From: Candidatus Saccharimonadota bacterium
GTDB lineage: Bacteria > Pseudomonadota > Gammaproteobacteria > Enterobacterales > Enterobacteriaceae
Length of the DNA stretch: 32,000 bases
NCBI RefSeq assembly: GCF_000185985.2
Contig: NC_014909.2
Coordinates: 120,001-152,000 of the forward strand
Reading direction: 5' to 3'
Shown here: one piece after another, positions 1 through 10,254 of the stretch
How the letters are laid out: each line of letters begins with the position of its first letter
How positions within the stretch are numbered: the first letter of the stretch is position 1
Translations under genes and position numbers: made by a program
Notes under the pieces: generated by a model
Told to the model about the DNA's origin: nothing
Seen by the model: only the letters and a program-made list of their open reading frames with translations
The model's database searches: none

Positions 1-159
1 CGTAATGATGTTGTGATTCATGAGGGAGAATTAGAATCATTACGTCATTTTAAAAATGATGTGAATGAAATTAGAAGTGGTGTAGAATGTGGTGTGGGGA
101 TAAAAAATTATAATGATATTTGTGCTGGAGATGTTATTGAGGTTTTAGATATTAAATAA
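1..159 (+). CDS. infB: Translation initiation factor IF-2, C-terminal end (5' part lies outside the window)
   Basis: Frame 1 reads [52 protein letters not shown], with stop TAA at 157-159. This is collinear with the recalled E. coli IF-2 C-terminus (..[39 protein letters not shown]..). It is followed by rbfA-truB-rpsO-pnp as in E. coli. Confidence 0.85.
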   Translation, partial: RNDVVIHEGELESLRHFKNDVNEIRSGVECGVGIKNYNDICAGDVIEVLDIK

Positions 160-341
160 AAATCATAATGAATAAAGTATTATAAGTAATAACATGTTTA
201 ATTATGTATATTATATATACAATTATGTTTGTTTTTGCGTCGATTAGGTAATGTTAATAAATCGCTGAGATAATTTTTAAAATACGATATAGTACATCGA
301 TATGTGTAATAAATGTAATTTAAATAATTAGGGAATTCAAA

Positions 342-710
342 ATGTATACTAGGAGATCGAATCGTATTCAACGTATTTCTCAAGAAATTCAAAGAAAAAT
401 TTCTGTGATTATACAACAGAAGGTTCATGATCCTCGTATAGGAGTTCCTACTATTTCAGGAGTACAAGTGTCAAAAGATTTAAGATATGCCAAGGTTTTT
501 ATTACCTTTTTGGATAAGAATAGTTCAGAAGAGATTAACAGTGCTATTGCTATATTACAAAAAGCTTCTTGTTTTATCCGATTTTTATTAGCTCGTTCTG
601 TGAATTTTCGTATCATTCCAATATTATCATTTAAATATGATTCCTCATTGATGGTGGGATTAAGGGTAGGAGATTTGGTATCACAGTTAAATAAAAAAAA
701 TTATATATAA
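342..710 (+). CDS. rbfA: Ribosome-binding factor A
   Basis: 122-aa ORF. RIQRISQEIQRKISVIIQQKVHDPRIGVPTISGVQVSKDLRYAKVFITF is collinear with E. coli RbfA ([47 protein letters not shown]). The position between infB and truB is syntenic. Confidence 0.9.
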   Translation: MYTRRSNRIQRISQEIQRKISVIIQQKVHDPRIGVPTISGVQVSKDLRYAKVFITFLDKNSSEEINSAIAILQKASCFIRFLLARSVNFRIIPILSFKYDSSLMVGLRVGDLVSQLNKKNYI

Positions 711-738
711 AATTAGTAATGAACATACATGTAAATAA

Positions 739-1497
739 ATGAAAAGATATTTAAATTTGTCTAAGAGACAAATACATGGTATTTTGTTTTTAGATAAGCC
801 ATCTGGATTTTCTTGTAATTTTGTTTTAAATAAAATTAAAAGTTTCTTTTATGTAAAAAAGATTGGATATGCTGGAACTTTAGATCCATTAGCAACAGGC
901 ATGTTGCCTATTTGTTTTGGAAAATCGACAAAATTTGCTACATATTTGTCGAATTCTGATAAACGATATTTAGTTTCAGCTAAATTAGGAGAAAGTACTG
1001 ATACCTTCGATTCAGATGGAGTAATTATACGTGTTTCAACTGTTCAATGTAGTGAAAAAAAAATAGAAAATTGTTTGAGCTCTTTTGTAGGTAAATCTTA
1101 TCAAATTCCTCCAATGTTTTCAGCTGTGAAATATCATGGGGTGCCTTTATATAAATATGCCAGAAAAGGTATTTGTGTATTTAGAAAACCTAGAGAAATT
1201 TATGTATACAGTTTATCTTGTATTAATAAAATAGATAATATCATTGATTTAGATATTTATTGTTCTAAGGGAACTTATATACGTAGTATAATACATGATA
1301 TAGGGGAATGTTTAGGATGTGGAGCACATGTTATAAGGTTACGTCGATTAATGATATCACAATATGTGCCTGATTTTATGATAAAAATTAAAACTATAGA
1401 AGATATTTTTTATAATACAGTTCTTAATGACACGGAAGTATTAAATAATCTTGATAAATTGCTAGTAGCTCAAGAAAATCTTGATAGATTCAAATAA
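739..1497 (+). CDS. truB: tRNA pseudouridine-55 synthase TruB, C-terminally short (catalytic domain only, no PUA domain)
   Basis: 252-aa ORF. GILFLDKPSGFS, the catalytic-Asp motif GTLDPLATGMLPICFG, CSKGTYIRSI and GCGAHVIRLRR are collinear with E. coli TruB (314 aa). The ORF stops near the position of E. coli ..LDPLLMPMD.., about 60 aa before the E. coli end. Confidence 0.9.
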   Translation: MKRYLNLSKRQIHGILFLDKPSGFSCNFVLNKIKSFFYVKKIGYAGTLDPLATGMLPICFGKSTKFATYLSNSDKRYLVSAKLGESTDTFDSDGVIIRVSTVQCSEKKIENCLSSFVGKSYQIPPMFSAVKYHGVPLYKYARKGICVFRKPREIYVYSLSCINKIDNIIDLDIYCSKGTYIRSIIHDIGECLGCGAHVIRLRRLMISQYVPDFMIKIKTIEDIFYNTVLNDTEVLNNLDKLLVAQENLDRFK

Positions 1498-1766
1498 TTT
1501 ATAACTTATTAGAAATTACAGTCTTTAATAGTTTATTATATTATATATATAATTTTAAAACTAGTGTGTTTTTATATACATGTTATGCAATCGTATAATA
1601 TTAAGAGTATAAAGGTAAAAAGATTGTTTAATAATAATTGTATGTTAGATTAAAGATGAAGATGCAAATTATATTTTTATAGAATTAAGAAGTGATAAAT
1701 GTGTTTTGTTTAATATGTTTAAAGAGTACAATTTTAAATTGTTATTTTTTATGAAAGGTAGTGTAT

Positions 1767-2036
1767 ATGTCTTATAATATGAAAAAAAAAAGTGAGATTA
1801 TTTTAAAATTTGGGCATAATATTAAAAATACTGGAATTACTGAAGTACAAGTAGCTTTATTGACTGATCGTATTAATCATTTAAAATGCCATTTTGATAA
1901 GAACAGAAACGATCATCATAGTCGTTATGGCTTATTAAAGTTAGTTGCTCAACGTCGTAAATTATTAAAATATTTAAGAAACAATAGTATTTTTCGTTAT
2001 AATAATTTAATTAAAATTTTAGAATTGCGTCATTAA
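1767..2036 (+). CDS. rpsO: 30S ribosomal protein S15
   Basis: ATG 1767 gives 89 aa, the same length and register as E. coli S15 ([15 protein letters not shown]...DHHSR.GLL..V.QRRKLL.YL). AAAGG at 1754-1758 lies 8 nt upstream. The ORF-track start (GTG 1761) is two codons further upstream and less likely. The gene contains an in-frame A10 run at 1782-1791. Confidence 0.9.
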   Translation: MSYNMKKKSEIILKFGHNIKNTGITEVQVALLTDRINHLKCHFDKNRNDHHSRYGLLKLVAQRRKLLKYLRNNSIFRYNNLIKILELRH

Positions 2037-2162
2037 ATATAAAACAATCGGTTAATTTTGATAATCAAATGATTGATTTTAGTTGAATAATTAATTCAAG
2101 TTTGTGAGATATATTTGGTAGATACATTATCTTAGATAAGTTGTTTATATGGTTTAAGAAAA

Positions 2163-2198
2163 AAGCCAATTTTTAGCTGTATTGAAAAGAATTGGTTT
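2163..2198 (+). promoter_or_regulatory. Candidate stem-loop with T-rich tail in the rpsO-pnp spacer (rpsO terminator/attenuator or pnp leader structure)
   Basis: 2163-2174 (aagccaattttt) pairs with 2187-2198 (aagaattggttt). This gives 12 bp including two G-U pairs and a 12-nt loop, followed by aattgtttttattttt. It lies 127 nt after the rpsO stop and 37 nt before the pnp TTG. In E. coli this spacer carries the rpsO terminator and an RNase III-processed pnp leader hairpin. The structure was paired by hand only. Confidence 0.3.
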
Positions 2199-2234
2199 AA
2201 TTGTTTTTATTTTTAATAAAAAAAGGATATTACT

Positions 2235-4328
2235 TTGATAAATTCAACTATTTATAAATTTCAATATGGGAAACATACTATAATTTTAGATACTGGCACT
2301 ATAGCTCGTCAGGCTAATGCGTCAGTTATGGTAAGTATGGATGACACTACTGTTTTGGTTACTGTAGTGGGCTCTGATCAAGTGAAAATAGATCAAGATT
2401 TTTTTCCTTTAGTTGTAAATTATCAAGAACGTACTTATGCTGCTGGTAAATTTCCAGGAGGTTTTTTTAGAAGAGAAGGTAGACCTAGTGAGAGCGAAAT
2501 TTTGACTGCTCGTTTAATAGACAGACCAATACGTCCATTATTTCCTAAAGGTTTTTATAATGATGTTCAGATAATTGCTACTGTGGTTTCAGTAAATCCG
2601 CAAATATCCCCAGATATTGTTGCTATAATAGGAGCATCTGCTGCTTTGAGTTTGTCTGATATTCCTTTTTTAGGGCCTATAGGAGTAGCAAGAGTTGGGT
2701 ATATTAATAATCAGTATGTTTTAAATCCTACTATTTCAGAACTTGCTAATAGTAAATTAGATTTGGTTATTTCAGGAACTGAATCCAATATTTTGATGGT
2801 TGAATCGGAATCGTCTTTATTGAGCGAAAAGGAAATATTGAATGCTATTATATTTGGTCATGAACAACAACAAATAGTGATTCATAACATTAATAAATTG
2901 GTTCAAGAAATTGGTAAATCTAAATTTATTTGGAAAAGGAAAGAGCTTGATTTGTCTTTACAAAAATATTTATCTGATTTATATGAATCGCGTTTAAATT
3001 GTATTTCTATTGTTCGAGATAGAAAAGGACGTCAAATACAACTAAATAATATAAAACAAGATGTTATTGATTTTTCTTGTATCAAATATAGTAATACTAT
3101 GAATGGTAATGAAATAATGTATTTTTTAAATTATTTAGAAGTACAATTATTACGTCAATATATTTTAAAAAATAATTTACGTTTAGATGGTCGTTCTCAG
3201 GACATGATTAGAGAAATAGATATAAAAATTGGGGTGTTACCTAGAACTCATGGATCAGCATTATTTACCAGAGGAGAAACCCAGGCTTTAGTTGCCGTTA
3301 CTTTAGGTACTGAACGTAATGCTCAAAATTTAGATGAACTTACAGGGGATCGGGTAGATCGGTTTTTGATGCATTATAATTTTAATCCATATTGTGTAGG
3401 AGAAATTGGTATAGTAGGAGCTCCAAAAAGACGTGAAATAGGTCATGGGCGTCTAGCAAAACGAGGCATGTTGGCAGTGATGCCTGATTCTAATGAGTTT
3501 CCTTATACTATACGAGTGGTATCGGAAATTACTGAATCTAATGGATCGTCTTCTATGGCCTCGATTTGCGGAGCATCTTTAGCGCTGATGGATGCTGGAG
3601 TGCCTATTAAAGAATCTGTAGCAGGAGTTGCTATGGGGTTAATAAAAGAAGAGAATGAATTTGTAGTGTTATCTGATATTATTAGCGATGAAGATCATAT
3701 TGGCGATATGGATTTTAAAGTTGCCGGGGGTAAACAAGGTATTACTGCATTGCAAATGGATATTAAAATTAATGGGATTACTTATGAAATTATTCATGTT
3801 GCTTTAGAGAAATCAAAATTAGCACGATTAAAAATTTTAAATTTTATGGAACAAGTAATTAAGATACCTCGTAAAAATATATCTGAATTTGCTCCTAGGA
3901 TATATAATATTAAAATTAATCCGGATAAAATTAAGGATGTGATAGGTAAAGGGGGTTCTGTCATTAGAGCTTTAACCGAAGAAACAAATACTATTATTGA
4001 TATTGAAGATGATGGATTGATAAAAATAGTTTCTTTGAATGCAGAAAAGGCGAAACAAGCTATGTCTAGAATTCAAGAAATTACGGCTAATATTGCTATA
4101 GGTTCTGTTTATACTGGAAAAGTTACTCATATTGTAGAATTTGGAGCATTTATTACTATATTTTCAGGAAAAGAGGGGTTGTTGCATATTTCTCAAATTT
4201 CAGAAAAAAGAATTGGAAAAGTATCTGATTATTTAAAATTAGGACAAGAGGTATTAGTAAAGGTTTTAGATATTGATCGGCAGGGAAGAATTCGATTGAG
4301 TATGCGTGGAATTAATCACATGAAATAG
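2235..4328 (+). CDS. pnp: Polynucleotide phosphorylase (two RNase PH domains plus KH and S1)
   Basis: 697-aa ORF starting at TTG 2235, with AAGGA at 2223-2227. (M)[43 protein letters not shown] is collinear with E. coli PNPase [21 protein letters not shown]... The C-terminal KH ([14 protein letters not shown]) and S1 ([16 protein letters not shown]) domains are present. Confidence 0.95.
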   Translation: MINSTIYKFQYGKHTIILDTGTIARQANASVMVSMDDTTVLVTVVGSDQVKIDQDFFPLVVNYQERTYAAGKFPGGFFRREGRPSESEILTARLIDRPIRPLFPKGFYNDVQIIATVVSVNPQISPDIVAIIGASAALSLSDIPFLGPIGVARVGYINNQYVLNPTISELANSKLDLVISGTESNILMVESESSLLSEKEILNAIIFGHEQQQIVIHNINKLVQEIGKSKFIWKRKELDLSLQKYLSDLYESRLNCISIVRDRKGRQIQLNNIKQDVIDFSCIKYSNTMNGNEIMYFLNYLEVQLLRQYILKNNLRLDGRSQDMIREIDIKIGVLPRTHGSALFTRGETQALVAVTLGTERNAQNLDELTGDRVDRFLMHYNFNPYCVGEIGIVGAPKRREIGHGRLAKRGMLAVMPDSNEFPYTIRVVSEITESNGSSSMASICGASLALMDAGVPIKESVAGVAMGLIKEENEFVVLSDIISDEDHIGDMDFKVAGGKQGITALQMDIKINGITYEIIHVALEKSKLARLKILNFMEQVIKIPRKNISEFAPRIYNIKINPDKIKDVIGKGGSVIRALTEETNTIIDIEDDGLIKIVSLNAEKAKQAMSRIQEITANIAIGSVYTGKVTHIVEFGAFITIFSGKEGLLHISQISEKRIGKVSDYLKLGQEVLVKVLDIDRQGRIRLSMRGINHMK

Positions 4329-4586
4329 AATAATATGATCGAATCTAGAACTGAATAGGTTTTTATGTAAATAATGATAAGCATGAGTTCGGTGTGTATT
4401 GCTGTTTGTGAAAATATAATAATAAGAAAATGTTAGTAGTTGTTTCTTATAGTTTTGATGGTATTTTATTTTTATAATGTGTTGTATTATTAATATTTGA
4501 TCTGAAACTTTAGTTGTATTAGTTATTGATCTTTAAGGTAAGGTGTAATTATTTAATTTCAATATAAAAGTATCATAGGAGTCTAG

Positions 4587-6440
4587 ATGTTTCAAAGTGA
4601 GAGTTCTTTTAGTAATTTAGGGTTAAATGCTTGTCTTATTAGTATGTTAAAAAAAGTAGGATACAAAAAGCCTTTACCTATTCAAGAAAAATGTATTCCT
4701 TTGTTATTAAAAGGGCATGATATCTTAGGTATAGCACATACTGGTAGTGGTAAAACTGCTGCATTTTTGTTACCGTTATTGCAAAGTATAAATATTAATA
4801 CAGCATCTACTCAAGGTTTGATAATAACTCCTACTAGAGAATTAGCTATTCAAATTGGTCAAGTATGTATAGATTTTATTAAATATATATCTGGAATTAG
4901 TGTTGCAATTTTATATGGAGGACAAAATTACAACATTCAGTTAAATGATTTAAGAAAAAATCCACATATTATTGTGGGTACTCCAGGTAGGTTGTTAGAT
5001 CATTTAAATAGAGGTACGGCAAATATATCAAAATTAAAAATTTTAATAATAGATGAAGCTGATGAAATGTTGCGTATGGGTTTTATTGAGGATGTAAAGC
5101 TTATTGTGAATAAAGTTCCGGTAGATCGACAAACGGCTTGTTTTTCTGCTACTTTTCCTGAAAATATAAAAAAAATAAGTTATAAATTTATGAATACCCC
5201 AAAAGAAGTGTGCATATGTAATATTGATATACATCCTCCTGATATAAAACAAAATTTTTGGTTAGTAAAAAGAGGGATGATTACTAAACATGAAGCATTA
5301 ATTCGTTTTTTAGAAATAGAAGATTATGATGCAGCGATTGTGTTTGTTCGAACTAAATCTGAAACATTGAGAATTTCTGAAATTTTAGAAAATTTTGGTT
5401 ATAATAGTGCTGCATTAAATGGTGATATGAATCAATCTATACGACAAAAAACTGTATCTCGTTTAAAGTATGGTACTTTAGATATATTAATATCTACTGA
5501 TGTTGCTGCTCGTGGGTTGGATATTCAGCGTATAAGTTTAGTAATTAATTACGATGTTCCAAATAATTATAATTCTTATATACATCGTATAGGAAGAACA
5601 GGTAGAGCCGGTAGGATTGGAAAATCTTTGTTATTCGTGGAACGTCAAGAGTATAATTTATTAAATAGTATTAAAAGAGGAGAAAAATTTAATATTTCAG
5701 AAGTACAATGTCCTACATCTCATGATTTAATTAATTCTAGATTAATGAAGTTTTCTAATAAAGTAGCTCAATATTTGCATTCTGATGATTTACTAATTTA
5801 TCGTTCTTTGTTGACTAGAATTAAACCTGATAAACAGAGTGTAACTATGGAAAATCTTGCTGCTGTTTTATTAAAAATAGCGCAAGGTAATCGCCCGTTG
5901 GTATTACCTTATGAAACTGCTATTGTAAAAAATAAAGTAATGTGTGTTCAAGGACAGAACATGTCTAATATAAAAAATAAATATAATGGCGGTAACATGA
6001 GTGTTAATCGTTCTAAAAATTTTGGGCAAAAAAGATGTTATGGTGGTGGTGTTGTTGGTGGTAATAATAAACACGATAAAAAGAATGTTGATACAATTAA
6101 TATTGTTAATTCTATAGGATTATATCGTGTATCGATAGGACGGAATGATGGAGTGAAAATAAAACACATCATTCAAGCAATTTTGAGTAAAATTAATGTC
6201 GATTATTTTAATATTGGTGATGTAAAGTTATTTGATTCTTATTCTATTATTGAAATTTATAGAACTAATGTCATTAATAAAAAGATTATTAATTTTGCAT
6301 TGTCATCATGTATTGAAATTTTAAATAAAAAAGTGCAAATTAAATATTTAGGCAATATTTCTGCTGATCGTAGCAATAAATCATACTTTAAAAAGTTATG
6401 CCCGATGAAATTTAATAGTTCTAAAAAAAAATTTTTGTGA
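4587..6440 (+). CDS. deaD: Cold-shock DEAD-box RNA helicase DeaD/CsdA
   Basis: 617-aa ORF with AGGAG upstream. Q-motif PLPIQEKCIP, Walker A AHTGSGKT, DEAD (IIDEADEM), SAT and HRIGRTGRAG are present. The C-terminal DbpA-like region (LYRVSIGRNDGVKIKHIIQAI) is collinear with E. coli DeaD ([21 protein letters not shown]). Confidence 0.93.
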   Translation: MFQSESSFSNLGLNACLISMLKKVGYKKPLPIQEKCIPLLLKGHDILGIAHTGSGKTAAFLLPLLQSININTASTQGLIITPTRELAIQIGQVCIDFIKYISGISVAILYGGQNYNIQLNDLRKNPHIIVGTPGRLLDHLNRGTANISKLKILIIDEADEMLRMGFIEDVKLIVNKVPVDRQTACFSATFPENIKKISYKFMNTPKEVCICNIDIHPPDIKQNFWLVKRGMITKHEALIRFLEIEDYDAAIVFVRTKSETLRISEILENFGYNSAALNGDMNQSIRQKTVSRLKYGTLDILISTDVAARGLDIQRISLVINYDVPNNYNSYIHRIGRTGRAGRIGKSLLFVERQEYNLLNSIKRGEKFNISEVQCPTSHDLINSRLMKFSNKVAQYLHSDDLLIYRSLLTRIKPDKQSVTMENLAAVLLKIAQGNRPLVLPYETAIVKNKVMCVQGQNMSNIKNKYNGGNMSVNRSKNFGQKRCYGGGVVGGNNKHDKKNVDTINIVNSIGLYRVSIGRNDGVKIKHIIQAILSKINVDYFNIGDVKLFDSYSIIEIYRTNVINKKIINFALSSCIEILNKKVQIKYLGNISADRSNKSYFKKLCPMKFNSSKKKFL

Positions 6441-6645
6441 TAGAAGATATGCTTGATATTATTTAATTTTGGTAAATTGGCTGTGTATAAGATTTGATAA
6501 GGTTGATTGATTTTTATGAGTACAAAATACTAATACGTATAGGTTATGTATTTTATCAATGTATCTATGTATTTGCATTAGGTAAGTAAATAAATAATAA
6601 GATTAGCACATATGTAATATAGAGAATAATAATAGTTTTGATGTG

Positions 6646-7071
6646 ATGTCTATGCAGACAAGTTGGAGTGTAATTTCTAGAATAATGGGTATTAATATAT
6701 GGCAATTAAGATATCCTGTTTTATTAACAAATACAGAACCAGTTTATTTTTTATTAGTGAAGCTTAGATTATTAATAATATCAGATGTTGTAGTGTGTAT
6801 AGATGATCTTTTTATTAAAGATGTTTTTAGAGCTATGAGTATACATTGCTCAGAGGTATATATACTTACTGTTGATCGGTTGAATCGTCTTTTTTTGCCT
6901 AAAACTTTTTTAAGTTATTGTTGGTGGATGGGGGTAGAGGCATTATGTGATTTTCGGTGTATAACTTTTTGTACTACTTCTTTAGAGATACTAAAAAATG
7001 ATGCCGATTCTAAACGTGTTTTATGGGATCAGATTTGTCGATTTATGTATGCAAGTAAATATTATGCATAG
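6646..7071 (+). CDS. holD: DNA polymerase III psi subunit (diverged)
   Basis: The ORF-track product is 142 aa from GTG 6643. ATG 6646 gives the E. coli register. SWSVISRIMGINIWQLRYP aligns with E. coli HolD DWQLQQLGITQWSLRRP. LRLLIISDVVVCIDDLFIKDVFRAMSI..VYILTVDRL aligns with VRLVMVANDLPALTDPLVSDVLRALTV..VLQLTPEKI. LKNDADSKRVLWDQICRF aligns with LRANPTARAALWQQICTY. The length is similar (E. coli 137 aa). The alignment was done by eye from memory. Confidence 0.7.
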   Translation: MSMQTSWSVISRIMGINIWQLRYPVLLTNTEPVYFLLVKLRLLIISDVVVCIDDLFIKDVFRAMSIHCSEVYILTVDRLNRLFLPKTFLSYCWWMGVEALCDFRCITFCTTSLEILKNDADSKRVLWDQICRFMYASKYYA

Positions 7072-7666
7072 TCGATAGATGGTGTATTATCTATAATTGA
7101 TGATTGAATTATAATTATTTTTGTGTATGAGTAATATGTTTAATTTGATATTAAATAGGTTAATGATGATATCATCAGGTGTTGTCTCGTTTTTGATGTA
7201 TTATTTTCATTTCTGTGATGCAAATAAAATTTTAAAAATCATATGTAATAATAACAATTGGTCAGGTTTTTGAAAATTTAACTGTTTTAATAATAAATCA
7301 TTTTATATGAATATTATTATAAAGAATTATATTTTTGTAATTTTTTAAGATTATAAAATTTTACTCATGTAATAAAATATAATTTGATTTAATATATTGA
7401 TAAATTTAAATAAGATGTAATGTTATCAGGTAAATAGAAAATTATTGTAATTCGGATTAGTTTTGTTTGAGAAACAGTTATGTGAAGCAGTGTATTCAAT
7501 TGTAAATATGTATTTTTATAAATAGTTAACTAATGTTTTTAAAAATTATTTTAATGTATTAATATTACTTATTTTATGATATAATTAATTCTAATTTGTG
7601 TTTGTTCTAATTTTATATTATTCTGTTATAATTATGTCTAATGTTATAAATGACAGTGAAAATAAT

Positions 7667-7744
7667 ATATAACTTGATCTGAGCATATATCCTGTTTCAA
7701 AAATTTTTAACATTAACAGGACATGTGCTCAGATCAAGTTATAT
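7667..7744 (+). promoter_or_regulatory. Long stem-loop immediately upstream of the thrA ribosome-binding site (function unknown; occupies the position of the E. coli thr leader/attenuator)
   Basis: 7667-7696 pairs with 7715-7744 over 30 positions: 28 Watson-Crick pairs, 1 G-U and 1 mismatch. The outer 19 bp (atataacttgatctgagca / tgctcagatcaagttatat) are perfect. The loop is 18 nt (7697-7714). The SD AGGAG at 7747-7751 and ATG 7759 follow directly. There is no U-run after the stem. Confidence 0.6.
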
Positions 7745-7758
7745 CTAGGAGATATAAT

Positions 7759-10209
7759 ATGAGAGTATTAAAATTTGGAGGAACTTCATTATCTAATGCA
7801 CAGCAGTTTATGTGTGTGGCTAATATTATTAACAAAAACTCAAAAAAAGAACAAATAGCCGTAGTATTATCAGCTCCTGCAACAATTACAAATTATTTGG
7901 TTTTAGCTATTGATAATACGTTGCATGGGTTGGATGTATTAAAAAGTATTTATAGTATAAAAAATTTTTTTATTACTTTGATAAAAGATATAACTCAAAT
8001 TCAATCAGAATTTAATTCTTCAGTTTTAAATTCAATATTGGAGAAAGAGTTTGATCGTTTAAAGAAATTATTATATGGTGTTTCATTATTAAATTTTTGC
8101 CCAGATAATATAAATGCTGATATCATTTGTTTAGGAGAAAAGTTATCTGTAGTCTTAATGAAAGAGATTTTGACTACACAAAATTTAAAGGTGATTGTTT
8201 TAGATCCTGTAAAAGTAATTGTAACTAGAGGGGGATATTCTACATCTATAGTTAATATTGAGGAATCAACTCAACGTATTCAGAGTATTTCTATTGCTTG
8301 CGATGAGATAGTGTTAATGGCTGGATTTACTGGGGGTAATAAATATGGAGAATTAGTGACTTTAGGACGTAACGGATCAGATTATTCAGCTGCTATTTTA
8401 TCGGCGTGTTTAAGAGCGAATCTTTGTGAAATTTGGACAGATGTGGATGGAATTTATACGTGTGATCCTCATCAAGTACCTGATGCTAAATTGTTACGTA
8501 CGTTATCTTATACAGAAGCTATGGAACTTTCTTATTTTGGAGCTAAAATTCTACATCCGCGGACTATTGTGCCTATTGCTCAATTTCATATTCCTTGTTT
8601 AATAAAAAATATTTTTAATCCTGACGGTTCTGGAACATTGATAGGTTCTTCTGATAATATTACTACTAATATAGTCAAAGGGATTACATATTTAAAAAAT
8701 ATGGTGATGTTAAATATTTCTGGTCCAGGTATGAAAGGGATGATTGGTATGGCAGCTCGAGTATTTGCTTCAATGTCTAGAGCAGAATGTTCGGTGGTAT
8801 TAATCACTCAATCATCTTCGGAATATAGTATTAGTTTGTGTGTGCCTAATCAGGAGTGTGAGAAGGCTTGTGATGCTTTAAATGAAGAATTTCATTTAGA
8901 ATTAAAAAATAGATTATTAGAACCAATAGATTCAGTTCTTGATTTAGCAATTATTTCAGTTGTAGGTGATGGAATGAGGACTCAATTAGGGTTAGCAGGA
9001 AAATTATTTGGAGCATTAGCTCGTGCTAACGTAAATATAATTGCTATTACTCAAGGATCATCAGAACGTTCTATTTCTGTAGTTGTAAAAAATAATGTTA
9101 CTGCTATTGGAGTGAAAACGGTTCATCAAGTGTTGTTTAGTACTGATCAAGTAATTGACGCATTTATTATTGGGGTAGGAGGCGTTGGTAATGCTTTGAT
9201 AAAACAAATTTATAAACAATATTTTTGGTTAAAAAATAAGCGTATAGATTTGCGTGTATGTGGAATTATTAATTCTCAAATTATGTTTATTAATATGGAT
9301 GGTATTGACTTGAATCATTGGAAATCATTATTAATGCAATCTCAAGAATTATGTGATTTAAAAAAATTAATAACTATTATTCAAAAATATCATTTATTAA
9401 ATCCAGTTATTGTTGATTGCACCAGTAGTTTGCAAGTAGCAAATTGTTATGTAGATTTTTTGTTAGGAGGTTGCCATGTAATTGCTCCTAATAAAAAAGC
9501 TAATACCGGTTCAATGGAATATTATAAAAAGCTTAGGAGTGCTGTGACAGCATCTCGTCGAAAGTTTTTATACGATACTAATGTTGGTGCTGGGTTGCCA
9601 GTAATAGAAAATTTACAAAACTTGTTAAGTGCTGGAGATGAGCTAATAAGATTTTCTGGTATTTTGTCTGGATCATTGTCTTATATTTTTGGAAAAATAG
9701 ATGAAGGATTATCGTTATCTAAAGCAATATTATTAGCTAAAGAAAATGGATATACTGAACCTGATCCTCGTGATGATCTTTCAGGTGTAGATGTAGCACG
9801 AAAATTATTAGTGCTTGCTAGAGAAGTAGGATATGAATTAGAACTGAAAGATATATATATTGAACCTGTGATACCTAATAATATTCTTTATAATAATTTT
9901 CATTCTATTAATGATTTTTTTAAAAGATTATCATCTTTAGATAATTATTTTATTTGTAAAATTAATGAAGCTAAAAAATTGGGTCGAGTATTACGTTATA
10001 TTGGAAATATACAAAAAGGAGAATGTTGTGTTAAAATAGAATTTGTAGATCATAATCATCCTTTATGTAAAGTAAAAGATGGTGAGAATGCCTTAGCATT
10101 TTTTACACAATACTATCAACCATTGCCTTTAATTTTAAGGGGATATGGAGCAGGAAATAATGTTACAGCAGCAGGGGTATTTGCTGATTTATTACGTACC
10201 TTATCTTAA
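7759..10209 (+). CDS. thrA: Bifunctional aspartokinase I / homoserine dehydrogenase I
   Basis: From ATG 7759, [17 protein letters not shown].. matches the E. coli ThrA N-terminus [17 protein letters not shown].., and AGGAG lies 7 nt upstream. The protein is collinear to the C-terminus (..[24 protein letters not shown]). The ORF-track start at 7723 adds 12 non-homologous codons that lie inside the upstream hairpin. Confidence 0.95.
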   Translation: MRVLKFGGTSLSNAQQFMCVANIINKNSKKEQIAVVLSAPATITNYLVLAIDNTLHGLDVLKSIYSIKNFFITLIKDITQIQSEFNSSVLNSILEKEFDRLKKLLYGVSLLNFCPDNINADIICLGEKLSVVLMKEILTTQNLKVIVLDPVKVIVTRGGYSTSIVNIEESTQRIQSISIACDEIVLMAGFTGGNKYGELVTLGRNGSDYSAAILSACLRANLCEIWTDVDGIYTCDPHQVPDAKLLRTLSYTEAMELSYFGAKILHPRTIVPIAQFHIPCLIKNIFNPDGSGTLIGSSDNITTNIVKGITYLKNMVMLNISGPGMKGMIGMAARVFASMSRAECSVVLITQSSSEYSISLCVPNQECEKACDALNEEFHLELKNRLLEPIDSVLDLAIISVVGDGMRTQLGLAGKLFGALARANVNIIAITQGSSERSISVVVKNNVTAIGVKTVHQVLFSTDQVIDAFIIGVGGVGNALIKQIYKQYFWLKNKRIDLRVCGIINSQIMFINMDGIDLNHWKSLLMQSQELCDLKKLITIIQKYHLLNPVIVDCTSSLQVANCYVDFLLGGCHVIAPNKKANTGSMEYYKKLRSAVTASRRKFLYDTNVGAGLPVIENLQNLLSAGDELIRFSGILSGSLSYIFGKIDEGLSLSKAILLAKENGYTEPDPRDDLSGVDVARKLLVLAREVGYELELKDIYIEPVIPNNILYNNFHSINDFFKRLSSLDNYFICKINEAKKLGRVLRYIGNIQKGECCVKIEFVDHNHPLCKVKDGENALAFFTQYYQPLPLILRGYGAGNNVTAAGVFADLLRTLS

Positions 10210-10254
10210 TTTTTATAAGATTTTAAAAATTTGAAGGGAGATATTGAATTAAAT

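Noticed and set aside
5925-6115. N/K/G-rich low-complexity linker in DeaD (..NMSNIKNKYNGGNMSVNRSKNFGQKRCYGGGVVGGNNKHDKKN..). A similar insertion of about 20 aa, N/D/Q-rich, occurs in DapB (22849-22946).
   Set aside because: They replace the R/D/E-rich linker of E. coli DeaD and a surface loop of DapB. Compositional drift of unconstrained segments is expected under AT bias, so this is not evidence of new function.
7634-7672. Mini-ORF MSNVINDSENNI just upstream of the thrA hairpin, considered as a possible thrL-like leader peptide.
   Set aside because: It has no Thr/Ile regulatory codon run and no SD. Short ORFs are abundant by chance here, so I do not call it thrL.
7723-7758. ORF-track 5' extension of thrA ([12 protein letters not shown]-).
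   Set aside because: Homology to E. coli ThrA begins exactly at Met 7759, which has a good AGGAG 7 nt upstream. The ATG at 7723 lies inside the right arm of the hairpin and has no SD. The same logic applies to thrB (10231 moved to 10255), carB (24494 to 24500), ileS (17687 to 17699), rpsT (16535 to 16505) and rsmA (30177 to 30165).
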